Source of the DNA: Thraustochytrium aureum
Lineage: Eukaryota
Direction: 5' to 3'
DNA: 40,790 nucleotides
Assembly: GCA_012862495.1 (NCBI GenBank)
Contig: BLSG01000005.1
Coordinates: 34,895-75,684 of the forward strand
Each line of letters starts with the position of its first letter. The stretch's first letter is position 1. The notes under the pieces were generated by a model. The model searched no databases. It was not told where the DNA came from and saw nothing but the letters and a program-made list of their open reading frames with translations. A program made the position numbers and the translations under genes. Below are positions 20,646 through 31,440 of this stretch, piece after piece.

Positions 20646-23600
20646 ATGAGCTGGTGGCAGAGGTGGCGCTCGGCCAAGTGGACGCACCTGGGAGACGCCA
20701 GAGAGCTGTGGACGCTCTTTGCAACCTCCCCGTACAAAGTGAACGGGCTTGAGCTGGCTGGCAGGACGCAGTGCGACGCCATCATGACCGAGTTTTTCGG
20801 CGAAGCGACCAACAGCGGGCCGCTGGCCACGCTGGAAGCCGTATACGCGGTTTCCCTAATACTATTTGATGTCGTGGCTGGCGTGGACTTTGTTTCGGCT
20901 CTTGATGAGGAAGAGGGCCGTGCGCTCCTGGAGAGCCTCCTGGACCTCTGCGCTCACCCGAGCGCTCAAGTGCGGTACTGGTCTGTCAAGTCGCTCTGGC
21001 AGGCCTTGCACATCTACCGCGACTGCGTCAGCAACAAACCGTCTATCCTCTCCGAGCGCCGCTGGAAGCGCGCCAGCAAACAAGNNNNNNNNNNNNNNNN
21101 NNNNNNNNNNNNNNNNNNNNNNNNNNNNNNNNNNNNNNNNNNNNNNNNNNNNNNNNNNNNNNNNNNNNNNNNNNNNNNNNNNNNNNNNNGATGAAGACAA
21201 TGAGCTAGGCGACGGCGACGAAGAGTTGGATTGGGCGCCGGGGCAACAACGAGGCGGCACCCCAACGAGCTGCCAAGGACCCAGTGCTCTTGTCGACGAC
21301 GCGCCCAAGGACAAGGTCCTCTCCCAGCTCAAGGTCGCTTTTGGCAACCTAGTCTTGTGGAGCCTCCTCGCTGCGGACCGCGAGAGCCGTGAGGGCCTCG
21401 CTCGGTCAGACATCAATGTGTTGCTGGAGATCATGCTCGGCCACATGCACTACCCGGAATCGAGCGCGTTGCGCACCAAGAAGCTCAGCGTGGTGCCTGA
21501 GAAAGCGCCGATCGAGCCGTTCGGGAGCTCGATCAAAAACCCGCAGATCCTTCCTGCCCTCTTCGGCGCGCTTGCTATGCTGCTCGACGCCCCCTCCAAG
21601 GCCGAGACACTGCGCGACCTGAACCTGATGGTAATTCAGAGCGCGCCGAGTCGTGAAGCGCTAGTCGCCACAGAGCGTTGGCAAACCCTGGTGTTCCTCA
21701 TGCTGTCGGCCGCCCCGGCGCGCGCCAAGCGCTCCGCCCAAGAAAGCGAGGCGTTCAACTACGGGCTGAATTTGGTGTCTTGCGCGCTCTCGTGCTGCTT
21801 CGGCCAGTTTCGCCGCCTTGACCACATGCTCAGCGCCACAATGGCTCAGCTCCTCAACGTGGTCGAATGGAACGTCAACTCTTACCACCTCGTGCGCCAG
21901 ATCCTCAACGCTCTCGTGTTCCAGCTTTCTGAAACAGGGTTTTGGCGCTCCAGCTCGTCGGCCCCGCAGTGGCAGTCGTGCTTTCAGCTCGTCAAGTTTG
22001 CCATCACCTTCATTTTTTTCACGTCACTTTCTTCCGCCGAAGGAAGCGAGGGGGCTCGCGCTCACACGGCGCCGACGAACGGACCGGACGCAAAGTCGTT
22101 CATGACTGAAGCCCCGTCCGGCCAAGTCCCGACTCCTGGCAGCTCCCGAAAAACTCGCCTATCGCGCCGATTCCACCCAAGGTGCGGTTGCGCTCCAGCT
22201 CGGCCTCTGCGGCAGCGGGCTCATCGAGCAACCATGGCCCTGTGGGCGGCGATGGTGGACCCGTGCGTTTCGCAAGCGCCAAGAACAGCCCGCGGAGCAG
22301 CAGCCCAGGGTCGCCGCGCTCTGTCTCGAGCGGATCGTTCAAGTTCCGATCGTCCAGGCGCCTTTCTGGGCGCTCGGAGCCAAATTCAACCAAGGGCATG
22401 CGGCGGGCTTCCGCTGAGCCAGACCAGGAGGCTGCCCGACGTGAGCGCCGAACCGGGTCGCTCGGAGCGCGCGACGGTTCCGCGCGTGCCCCAATGGCGT
22501 CTGAAGTGCAAGGCCCTGGCGGAAGCAGCCAGCGCCGCGCGCGGGGCGACAGCGCCATGAACGACGGCACTGCTGAAGCAAAGTTTGTGGACGTGGCGGA
22601 CGAGGGAGGCCGCGCCTGGGCACTCTTGGGGCCTGTTTCGGCGACTTCGAACTGCGTATCACGGACAGGGCAATCCTGGTGCGCCGACANNNNNNNNNNN
22701 NNNNNNNNNNNNNNNNNNNNNNNNNNNNNNNNNNNNNNNNNNNNNNNNNNNNNNNNNNNNNNNNNNNNNNNNNNNNNNNNNNNNNNNNNNNNNNNNNNNN
22801 NNNNNNNNNNNNNNNNNNNNNNNNNNNNNNNNNNNNNNNNNNNNNNNNNNNNNNNNNNNNNNNNNNNNNNNNNNNNNNNNNNNNNNNNNNNNNNNNNNNN
22901 NNNNNNNNNNNNNNNNNNNNNNNNNNNNNNNNNNNNNNNNNNNNNNNNNNNNNNNNNNNNNNNNNNNNNNNNNNNNNNNNNNNNNNNNNNNNNNNNNNNN
23001 NNNNNNNNNNNNNNNNNNNNNNNNNNNNNNNNNNNNNNNNNNNNNCGGCAGCGATGACGAGTCTGGCGGCGGAGCTTCGCGGGCACCATCAACGGACCGC
23101 GCGAGCCCTGCCCCAAAAGTCCTGCCGACGTTCAAGTCCGCGCCGCTTCCCTCTGGTCGGCTGGGGCTGGGCGCAAAGCAGCGTCCAGCCGTGGGCAGCG
23201 CTGGCGGCCTTGGCGGGGCTGGCGCAGCGCTCTCTGGCGCCAGCGTCATCGACGACTGTTTGGAGAGCATCGCAACGTCGGTTTTTGCGAGGCAAATCCT
23301 GGCGGGGCAGATTGAAGACCGCGAGCTTGCTTTCAATTTTCGGACCGACGCGACATACTCCTCGCGCGCGTTTACTGCGAGCGTGCGCAACCGCTTGGAC
23401 AACTTGGGCTTGCACCTCGACAAGTTTGGCGTGCCGAGCGACTACGAGCTGGTTTGCAACCTGGTGTCCATGCTGAACCGGCTCGGTGTCGACGGGTCCG
23501 CGGACGACCAGGACGCACAGCAAACCATGTATATGGGCAAGGAGGAGCGCGCCAACATGATCAAGGCCTCGCGGCTCTGCCGTGGACTCACGCAAGTCCG

Positions 23601-24391
23601 CCAACTTATGATGTGTACCAGCATGCCTGCAGAGCACAGCCCTCCGGGCGCAAGCTCGTCTCGAAACGGAGGCGCATCCCGGCGGCCCACGACTGCTCGT
23701 CTCTCCGAGCCGCAAATGCCGACTCCGATTCTGATCGGCACCAAGGAAGGCCGCGCGATTTCCAACGAGCTGGTCGAGGAGTACGAGAAGGCGATCAAGG
23801 AGGTGTCCGTGTTTCTGGCCACCAAGACTGCCCGCTCCGCGCACCACCTGACGAAAAAGTCGCTCGTAAAGGCGATCTCACTGCGGCTCCGCGTCGCGCT
23901 CGTGCACGATCCGTTCACTGAGCCAGTCCAGCTCAGCCGGCCGCCCAAGACGAATTCCCCGCGGGCAAGGCCAACTGTGGACGCCTCGTTTTGGGACGGC
24001 GGCGCGACAAAGCCAGACGAGGCCGCCGAGCCAAAGTCTGAGGTGGCCAAAGCAGCTAGAGCGGCTGGGCTGCCAAAAGGCGTCCCGCCCGGGGCGCAGC
24101 TCGTTCTGGGCCTCGGCTTGCCCCCTTCGGGGCCGTCTCGCGTGGCGCGCGCAGGGTCGCCCGCGCTGGACTCTGGCACGCCACTAGGAGCCCACATTTC
24201 GCGCAAGATGCTTCGGCGGAGGAACTCGTCCAACCTGAGCGCGGCGAGCTCTGCCAGCAGCACGGGTTCAGAGCCCCCCCGCTGGTGCCGGCGCCGCGGC
24301 GACGGCCACAGACGTCAAAACCAAGCTCGGCTTTTCCAAGCGCAAGCTGGGCCGGATAATGCGTCTCTGGGGAGCAGACCAGACCCCTTGA
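20646..24391 (+). CDS. Large helical/low-complexity protein with a segment resembling the neurobeachin/LRBA ARM (DUF4704-like) region; spans two N gaps and two probable homopolymer frameshifts
   Basis: Coding-like frames 20646-21084, 21190-22689 and 23046-24391. Segment NVLLEIML...SSIKNPQILPALF...LRDLNLMV...SREALVATERWQTLVF. Adding one A at ~22150 and removing one C at ~24275 gives continuous frames ending at TGA 24389-24391 (uncorrected stop 24459). Confidence 0.6.
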
Positions 24392-24523
24392 TCAAGGGCG
24401 CCGAACGAGTCGTCAGACTGAACTACTATGTTTTACTTACACGAGCTGTTGGTAAGTAGAGCTGAGAAATAGAGAAAACCCCTTCGCTCCGTCCAGCCAC
24501 TTGACTGGGGCGCTCGCTCTGCG

Positions 24524-25405
24524 TTACCAACAAACGCTGGAGGACTCTACGACCTTGGGGCAAGCCAGTGGCCTTGATCTGCTGCCGCGCGGCTTTGACA
24601 TGTCGTCGCTCAGGACGCGCGCCTCGAGCGCAACGCGGCCGGAAACGGGGAGCGACTCGAGCCAGCGCCGCAGCGGCTCGTCTCTTGCTCTGTCCGCTAG
24701 TCGCGCCAAGCGCAGAGTCTCCGGGTCCCGATGCCAGACTGCCAAACGCTGCGCAGGGAAGCCCGTCGCCCGGCAAACCGCGGTGCAGAGGTCCCACCCA
24801 GTGCAAGATTCCGGGTCGACACAAAGCACCAAGGCACGAGGGCACGTGCGCTGCCTTGCCACAAGCGCGGCGGAGGCCGTTTTCGCAGCCTCGGGGTGCA
24901 GTGCCGGATCTAAAAGGAGTTTCACCACGACCGCACAAGCACCCCTCGGCTCAGGCATCCCCAGGAAGCTCGACGCCAGCGGGGCGCCCTCCCAGGTCGC
25001 GGTGTGCAGGGCCTTGATCCAGCGCCGCACGTTTCCGCCAGCCTCGGCGGCGAACTCGAGAGTGCGGTCTTGCGCGCCTTCCCACGCCTGGTGGACGGTC
25101 AAGCGTAGGGCAAGGGGGGACTCGCTGTTTTTCCGCAGCCGCATCTTTTCGCTGCTTTCCTCAATGCCGTACGGCGCCGCAACGACCTGAACCACCTCGG
25201 CCATTCGTACAACGATCGCGGCTTTCTGCCTCCTCGCGTACGCGGGCAGGACATCAGGTGTCACGTCATCGACCTTGTCAAAGCACCTGAGCTTGCCGGC
25301 CTCCAGCACGCAGTACATCCTCTTCCGCTTGGCCTTGCGCTCGAGCTTGCTGTTGAACCGCTCCGTACATAGCAATAAAAACCCTTCTCGCGTAGCGCTG
25401 CCCAT
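24524..25405 (-). CDS. PH-domain protein, possibly followed by a ubiquitin-like/RA-type domain; start uncertain
   Basis: PH-like pattern REGFLLL...KRKRMYCVLEAGKLRCFD...TLEFAAEAGGNVRRWIKAL. First ATG of the ORF is at 25405; upstream exons are possible. Confidence 0.65.
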   Translation of the reverse strand: MGSATREGFLLLCTERFNSKLERKAKRKRMYCVLEAGKLRCFDKVDDVTPDVLPAYARRQKAAIVVRMAEVVQVVAAPYGIEESSEKMRLRKNSESPLALRLTVHQAWEGAQDRTLEFAAEAGGNVRRWIKALHTATWEGAPLASSFLGMPEPRGACAVVVKLLLDPALHPEAAKTASAALVARQRTCPRALVLCVDPESCTGWDLCTAVCRATGFPAQRLAVWHRDPETLRLARLADRARDEPLRRWLESLPVSGRVALEARVLSDDMSKPRGSRSRPLACPKVVESSSVCW

Positions 25406-25655
25406 GCTGTCCTTGCCTTTGTCTGCTGCCGCCCGCCAGCCCGCCCGCCAGCCCGCCCGCCCGCCAGCAACGTCAACGACAATGCTCGCTACAGCCGTAA
25501 ACGACTCACGAATCACGCCGCGTGCACGCTCGAGCCGCTCTCGTGTGTCTGTCTGCACATCCAAACCAACCTGCGATGAATTATCGTTAACTGCACCTCG
25601 CACCTCCCGCGCCGAGACGGGCAACGCACTCACTCACACACGCCTCCGCGCCCTT

Positions 25656-25735
25656 CCTTGCACTTCACCCGAACCCGCACACACCCACTCGCCCTCCCTT
25701 GCACTTCACCCGAACCCGCACACACACACTCGCCC
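25656..25735. repeat. 41-bp-period direct repeat (CCTTGCACTTCACCCGAACCCGCACACAC...) x2
   Basis: Two near-identical copies starting at 25656 and 25697. Confidence 0.8.
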
Positions 25736-26268
25736 CTTCACCTGCCCCTCATTGACACACCTTTCCCGCAAGTCCCACCTGGCCCCCGGCAACCTCAATC
25801 ATAGCGCGCGGCGCCCGCGTTCTTTAAGAGGTCAAGTGACACCGCGCGAGCGTGTGCATCATCGAGCCATGCGCTCCAGCAGAAGCACCTCGGACGCGCC
25901 AGACAGCAGGCCTGCCAGGCGCTTGCAGGCGAGCACAGAGCGCGCGTACCGGCCCAAGGCCGCAGGCCCGTCCGTGTTGCTCGCTGGCTAGCTGGCTTGC
26001 GTTCGTCAGGCCGTTCCCTCCCCGTCCGGCGTGATTTGGCCGGGCCAGCCTCGTCAGCGGGGTTTCTGGACGACGGCCTGCTCGGAGCGCCGACTCCCGT
26101 CTCTCTCTCTCTCTCTCTCTCTGCGCCGCGAGCTTGGCGCGGTCGTGGGGCGGGCGCGGGCTTGTGGCTGGGCGCACGAGTTGCGGCGGCGGACGCAAGG
26201 GCTCGGCGGCTGCAGGACCTCTGTAGCCCGACGCAAGGGGACGCGGCGCAGGTCTTGGTGAAAACATC

Positions 26269-28590
26269 ATGCCGAGGAGCAGGAATGGGTCCGTCGAGAG
26301 CACCACGTCGAGGCGCACACGGAGAGGGAACAGCGAGAAAAGGGATAGGCCTAGGGATGGAAAGGAAATGGACGGCGTGGAGCTCGTGGGCGGGGCCACC
26401 GCTGTCGTAGGCGTCTTGTTCCTCCTCGCGGGCCTCGACCTCGCGCTGGTTTTCACGTACGTGCTGGGGGTCGGCGTAGCGTACGCCGCCCCCGGGCCGC
26501 TGGAGGCTCTGGGGAGCGAGCTGCGCAAAATCGTGCTGAAAAGCAAGCCTGGCGACGGGCGCTCGCCCACCGGCTGGCTGGACAAGCTCTGGAGGTCTGA
26601 CAGGTCAAAGAAAGACAAGCTGGGATACGGACAAGACGCCCAAGACAACATCGACAGTCCCTTGTTCAACGCAGTCAACCGAGACAACCCGCACGACGTC
26701 GAGGACCTCTTGCGCACAATCAGCTACGAGGACCCAGAGTATGTCAACTCTGCCGGGGCCTCCGCCTTCCTCTCTGCGGTGCTGCAGGAACGGAAAAAAG
26801 TGATTAACATGCTGCTCGACCACCCTGAGCATGGCCCGCAAGTGATCGAGGAGAAATACAGCCAAGGGTCTGTGTACGCCGGGGAGAACGCCCTTCACCT
26901 TGCCGTTGCGCAGAAGAACCTGCCCCTGGCCAATCTGCTTCTGAAGAAGGCCAAAAGGTGCGGCGAGGGCTGCGTCGAGAGAGTCTTGAAAGCGCGCGCA
27001 AATGGCTCGTTCTTCAGCCCGCTTTCTTCGAACAGCCCGCTGCACTACGAGGCAAGCATGATTAACATGTGCGCAAACCTCGACATGCACTATGGACGGT
27101 CCGTCAACCACCTTTACTTTGGCGAAACCCCGCTCGCGTTTGCCGTTTCGACCAACCAAAAAGAAATGTGCAAGATCATTCTAAAGTACGGAGGGAAGGA
27201 AGTGTATTTGTCGACGGATGGTCTTTGCGGAAACACAATCCTGCACCTCGCCGTCGTGCACAACCTGCCCGACATGATCAACTTCATCCTCAACACGGAG
27301 GGCGACCCGGAAAACCCGTTTCCTGACAAGTGCAAGACCCTCCTTGAAGTACGGAACGACCAAAACATGACGCCGCTCATTCTTGCGGCCGAGCTGGGCC
27401 ATGCCGCCGCGCTCGACGCAATTGTCAAGGCGCGGAGCACACTGTTTTGGCAGTACGCGAGCATCACAGCGTACACGTTTCCGCTGCAGGAGCTGCTTGA
27501 GCAAGGCGGAGTGCTGGAGCACGTGGTGCGCGAAAAGCACATCGAGCTGGTGGAGCACCCGCTTATCTCGTCTTTGCTGGTCAAGCTCTGGAGTACTGGA
27601 TTCGACACGTTGTTCCAGCGCAAGCTCTTTCTGTGGCTGACGTACCTGTTGCTGCTGACGGTGACTTCGGTGGTTGGCTTGTTCACCTCGCCGAGGTATC
27701 TCGCGGTCGCCATCCCTGCCAGGGTGCTGTTGAGCGCCGGTGTGGCATACTTTGCTGCGCAGAAGCTGTACGTCGAGCTGCGCGAGCTGGTAGATGCAAG
27801 GCTCGGCTACTTTCAGGGGTCTGCCACAGAGCTCATCGAGAACGTCTGCTCGCTGGTCTCGTGCTCGTCAGCGCTGCTCGCTCTGGCGACGGGCTCGCGT
27901 ATCATGTACGCCATTTCTCTCTTCCTGGGGTGGTTTTACTTGCTGTTCTTTCTCCTGGGGTACCGGAGCACGGGCACCTTTGTGACGGCGATCATCAAGC
28001 TCCTCGTCGACGACGTCCTCGTGTTCAGCTCCGTAATGTTCGTGCTTGTGGTTGCCTTTGCCAACTTTTTCTTTCACGCAGTGGAGGCGACCACGACGGA
28101 CGACTTTGTGCACCACCTGGACCAGTCCTTCCAGACCATGCTTGGGGACTATGACATATCCAACTACAGCAACTCGCCGCGCAACTCGCTCATTATCTCG
28201 GCAGTCTCGCTCGTCTATGCGCTCTTCATCTCGGTCACGCTCATCAACTCGCTCATCGCCAAGATGAGCTCCGAGTACGAGCACATCTCGGCAAACGGTG
28301 GGCGCTACTGGATCGTCGAGCGCGGCCGCATCATGCGCAGCATCGCCAGCGAGTACGGCGGCTTCGAGGCCATGATCAACCAGTCCAAGTCGGGCGGGAG
28401 GAGGAGCCTGCTGCGCAACTTTTGGATCGCCGACTCCAACGCGGCAGACAAACCAAAGTCGTCCAAGTCGAGCAAGGCAAAGACCCAGCAGCACTCTTCC
28501 TTCGCGTCGCTTGCCTTCGAGTACCACGTCGAAAACAAGTTGTACTTCGAGAGCACCTCCACCAAGTCCGCCACCGCGGATGGAGTTTGA
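26269..28590 (+). CDS. TRPV-like transient receptor potential cation channel (ankyrin repeats, 6 TM segments, pore loop); alternative start 26368
   Basis: Ankyrin motifs GENALHLAV, YFGETPLAFAV, GNTILHLAV, MTPLILAAELG; TRPV-like ARANGSFF and FWQYASIT; six hydrophobic segments; pore SFQTMLGD; S6/TRP-helix region LINSLIAKMSSEY...YWIVERGRIM. Confidence 0.88.
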   Translation: MPRSRNGSVESTTSRRTRRGNSEKRDRPRDGKEMDGVELVGGATAVVGVLFLLAGLDLALVFTYVLGVGVAYAAPGPLEALGSELRKIVLKSKPGDGRSPTGWLDKLWRSDRSKKDKLGYGQDAQDNIDSPLFNAVNRDNPHDVEDLLRTISYEDPEYVNSAGASAFLSAVLQERKKVINMLLDHPEHGPQVIEEKYSQGSVYAGENALHLAVAQKNLPLANLLLKKAKRCGEGCVERVLKARANGSFFSPLSSNSPLHYEASMINMCANLDMHYGRSVNHLYFGETPLAFAVSTNQKEMCKIILKYGGKEVYLSTDGLCGNTILHLAVVHNLPDMINFILNTEGDPENPFPDKCKTLLEVRNDQNMTPLILAAELGHAAALDAIVKARSTLFWQYASITAYTFPLQELLEQGGVLEHVVREKHIELVEHPLISSLLVKLWSTGFDTLFQRKLFLWLTYLLLLTVTSVVGLFTSPRYLAVAIPARVLLSAGVAYFAAQKLYVELRELVDARLGYFQGSATELIENVCSLVSCSSALLALATGSRIMYAISLFLGWFYLLFFLLGYRSTGTFVTAIIKLLVDDVLVFSSVMFVLVVAFANFFFHAVEATTTDDFVHHLDQSFQTMLGDYDISNYSNSPRNSLIISAVSLVYALFISVTLINSLIAKMSSEYEHISANGGRYWIVERGRIMRSIASEYGGFEAMINQSKSGGRRSLLRNFWIADSNAADKPKSSKSSKAKTQQHSSFASLAFEYHVENKLYFESTSTKSATADGV

Positions 28591-29087
28591 CCGAGCCCGG
28601 CCCGCAATCTCGGCTCCTTCTCCGTGCTGAGCGCTGGCGTTCTCGAGCCGTCGCTCGCCGCGAGGGACCGGCCCGATGGCTCTCTGGACAGATCCACGAC
28701 GACGGTGGATGCGCGAAGGGGTACCGGTAGGTACGTAGGTCCACGAGTAGCCCTACTACTCTCGTAGATAGAAATCAACAGGTTGACCGCGATGGGGCCG
28801 CCAGGCGCCCTATCGGAGCCCGACCGGAGTAAAAGTCCTCAGATTTGTTGTCTTGGCATTGTTGATGTTTTAGCGATACGGACGCCAGAGCTGCTGGCGA
28901 GAACATAAGCGACGCGCGAAAGCCGCAGCTCCAGCAGAGCTGCAACGAACGAACGGAGGCGCGACTGAGGCGGTGGATGTTGGCGCTCGCAGGTCGCAAG
29001 TGGACTCTCGGCGCACGGTTCGCAAGCAGGAGCGCACGCGCTACGCGGATCAAGGCGGACAGGTACGGCGCAAGGCGCGCGGGGACG

Positions 29088-30506
29088 ATGGCCGACGCTA
29101 GCAAGCCGCAGGTGGTGGACAAGTCCAAGGCGTGCCCGTTCATTCAGGACCGCACCGGCAACCTGCTCGAGTACTCGGTTGTGTACACGGACCGTGCGAT
29201 CAACCTGATGAGCGCCCCCTTTCAAGAGTGCATGCGCGACATCTCCAAGATCCTCAAGGAGGTCTACAAGGCAGAGGCTGCCGCGATTATCCCGGGCTCG
29301 GGCTCCTACGCCATGGGAGGCCGTCGCGCGCCAGTTTGGCACGGACCAAAAGTGCATGGTGATCCGCAACGGGTACTTTAGCTTTCGGTGGAGCGACATC
29401 TTCGCGGTGTGCAAGATTCCCGCCCAGGAAACCGTGCTCAAGGCCCGCGTTGGCGACTCGTCTATGCGGCCGCCCATGTCGCCCGTTCCCGCCGACGAGG
29501 TGGTGGCGAGGATTCTCGAGGAGAAGCCTGACGTCGTGTTCGCACCGCACGTGGAGACCTCGACCGGCATCCTGCTGCCGGACGACTACATCAAGAAGGT
29601 CACCGCGGCCGTGCACGAGGTGGGCGGCATCTTTGTGCTGGACGCCATCGCCGCTGGCACGCTCTGGGCCGACATGCCCGCGCTGGGTGTGGACGTGCTG
29701 GTCACGGCCCCGCAGAAGGGTTGGTCTGGGCCTGCGTGCTGCGGCATCGTGCTCCTCAACGAGAAGGCCAAGGCGCTCACCAAGTCGACGGAGAGCACGA
29801 GCTTCTCTTGCAACCTCGGCAAGTGGCTCGAGGTCATGGAAAAGTACGAGGCAGGCGCCTTCATGTACTACACCACTCTACCGACGGACGCGCTCATGGC
29901 GTTCCGCCAGGTCATGCTCGAGACTCGTGACACGCTCGGGTTCGAGGCGGCTCGCGAGGCGGCCGTCAAGCTGGGTGGCCGCGTGCGCGCCGCCATGAAG
30001 AAGCACGGGCTTGACTCGGCCGCGGCCGAAGGCTTTGAGTCGCCCACCGTCGTCGTCCGTGTACTGTNNNNNNNNNNNNNNNNNNNNNNNNNNNNNNNNN
30101 NNNNNNNNNNNNNNNNNNNNNNNNNNNNNNNNNNNNNNNNNNNNNNNNNNNNNNNNNNNNNNNNNNNNNNNNNNNNNNNNNNNNNNNNNNNNNNNNNNNN
30201 NNNNNNNNNNNNNNNNNNNNNNNNNNNNNNNNNNNNNNNNNNNNNNNNNNNNNNNNNNNNNNNNNNNNNNNNNNNNNNNNNNNNNNNNNNNNNNNNNNNN
30301 NNNNNNNNNNNNNNNNNNNNNNNNNNGATATGGTGGGCAAGTTCAAGGCTGAAGGCCTCCAGATTGCTGGCGGTGTGCCGTTCAAGTGCGACGAGCCGGA
30401 GGGTCTCACGACCTTTCGGGTTGGCCTCTTCGGCATCGACAAAATGCGCGACCCGGACCGCTGCGCTGAGATCTTCGAGGAAAAGCTTGCCAACGTGCTC
30501 AAGTAG
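29088..30506 (+). CDS. Class V PLP-dependent aminotransferase (alanine-glyoxylate/serine-pyruvate-like); spans an N gap, frameshift near 29316
   Basis: LLEYSVVYTDRA, IPGSGSYAMEAVARQF (after removing one G), FAPHVETSTG, VLDAIA, PLP-Lys motif TAPQKGWSG; after the gap GLQIAGGVPFKCDEP...TFRVGLFGIDK, stop TAG at 30504-30506. Confidence 0.9.
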
Positions 30507-31254
30507 TCGCAGATCCACCGCCGGGTTTGCCGAGTCGCCCGAGCTTGTGCCAGCCCCGTCCAGTCACAAAAAGCAAATGCGCGCAAACGTTTTCCTCTTC
30601 GCGCCACAGGGGTGCTGCTCAAGCGAGTACGCCTTGCGATTCTTGAAAGTTGCGATCTTCGATCACGTTTCGATCAATTCTTGCGGAACCAGCTTGGTCC
30701 CCACCCTCGTGCTTGCACGCCGCGCTCTTGCGCAAGCGACTTGGTTGCTTGCTCTGCAGCTGTCGGGATGTGGACTTCCGAGGCCGCCCTTCTGGCTTGC
30801 CGGCCGTCGTCGGTTGCACTCTCAGCCACTGAGCGACGTAGTGTCCGAGGAATGCCTTTACCCTCCCTCCCGCGCGGTCCGAGCGGGACTCGGCAGATTC
30901 GTCTGCGGCCTTTTCCCGTGCTCTAAGACTTTGCTTGACAAGCAGAGCAGCAAGTTCAGAAGCTCCTTTCCAGCTGCTGCAGAGATGACAAGTGAGGCCT
31001 CTTCGTGGAACTGCTGAGATCTTGCTCGGCTTGGCTTGAGGTTGGAAAGCTCCAATCGAGCACGCGAGACGACTCTTGGGTTCTGTTTGTTAACTTTCTC
31101 CGCAAGTTGCGTCAAAGCGCCAAAGAAGACAGAGTTTCGGTTGTCGTATGCCTTCCTTGGGTTGAACAGCCCGTTCGATTGAGGTGGCAAATTCAGTAAA
31201 GCATTCGTCTCCGTGCAATGCGTACTTATGTTGCTTGCGCCGCTGTGTCGTTAT

Positions 31255-31326
31255 GCGAGGAAAACCCCAAGCGCGAGGAAAACCCCAAGCGCGAGGAAAA
31301 CCCCAAGCGCGAGGAAAACCCCAGCG
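31255..31326. repeat. 18-bp minisatellite (GCGAGGAAAACCCCAAGC) x~4
   Basis: Three exact copies and a fourth with a 1-nt deletion; no spacers. Confidence 0.92.
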
Positions 31327-31440
31327 AGAGGAACGAGGGCAAGAGGGAAGGACACGACCAGCAACATACCCATTCTGCCCATTCTGCTAGGCGAGATTTT
31401 GCGCTCGCTTGCATTCCCTCGACGTTCAGGTTGCAACGAC

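Noticed and set aside
1..30506. Metabolic gene cluster (HIS6, G3PDH, IMPDH, carrier, aminotransferase)
   Set aside because: The enzymes belong to different pathways and are interspersed with unrelated genes in mixed orientation; no evidence of co-regulation.
30560..31200. 110-aa - strand ORF (30858-31190) and adjacent broken frames
   Set aside because: No ATG start, atypical codon usage and no recognisable family; cannot be supported as a gene.
31255..31326. 18-bp repeat array as a possible CRISPR
   Set aside because: Units are head-to-tail with no spacers, there are no cas genes and the context is eukaryotic.
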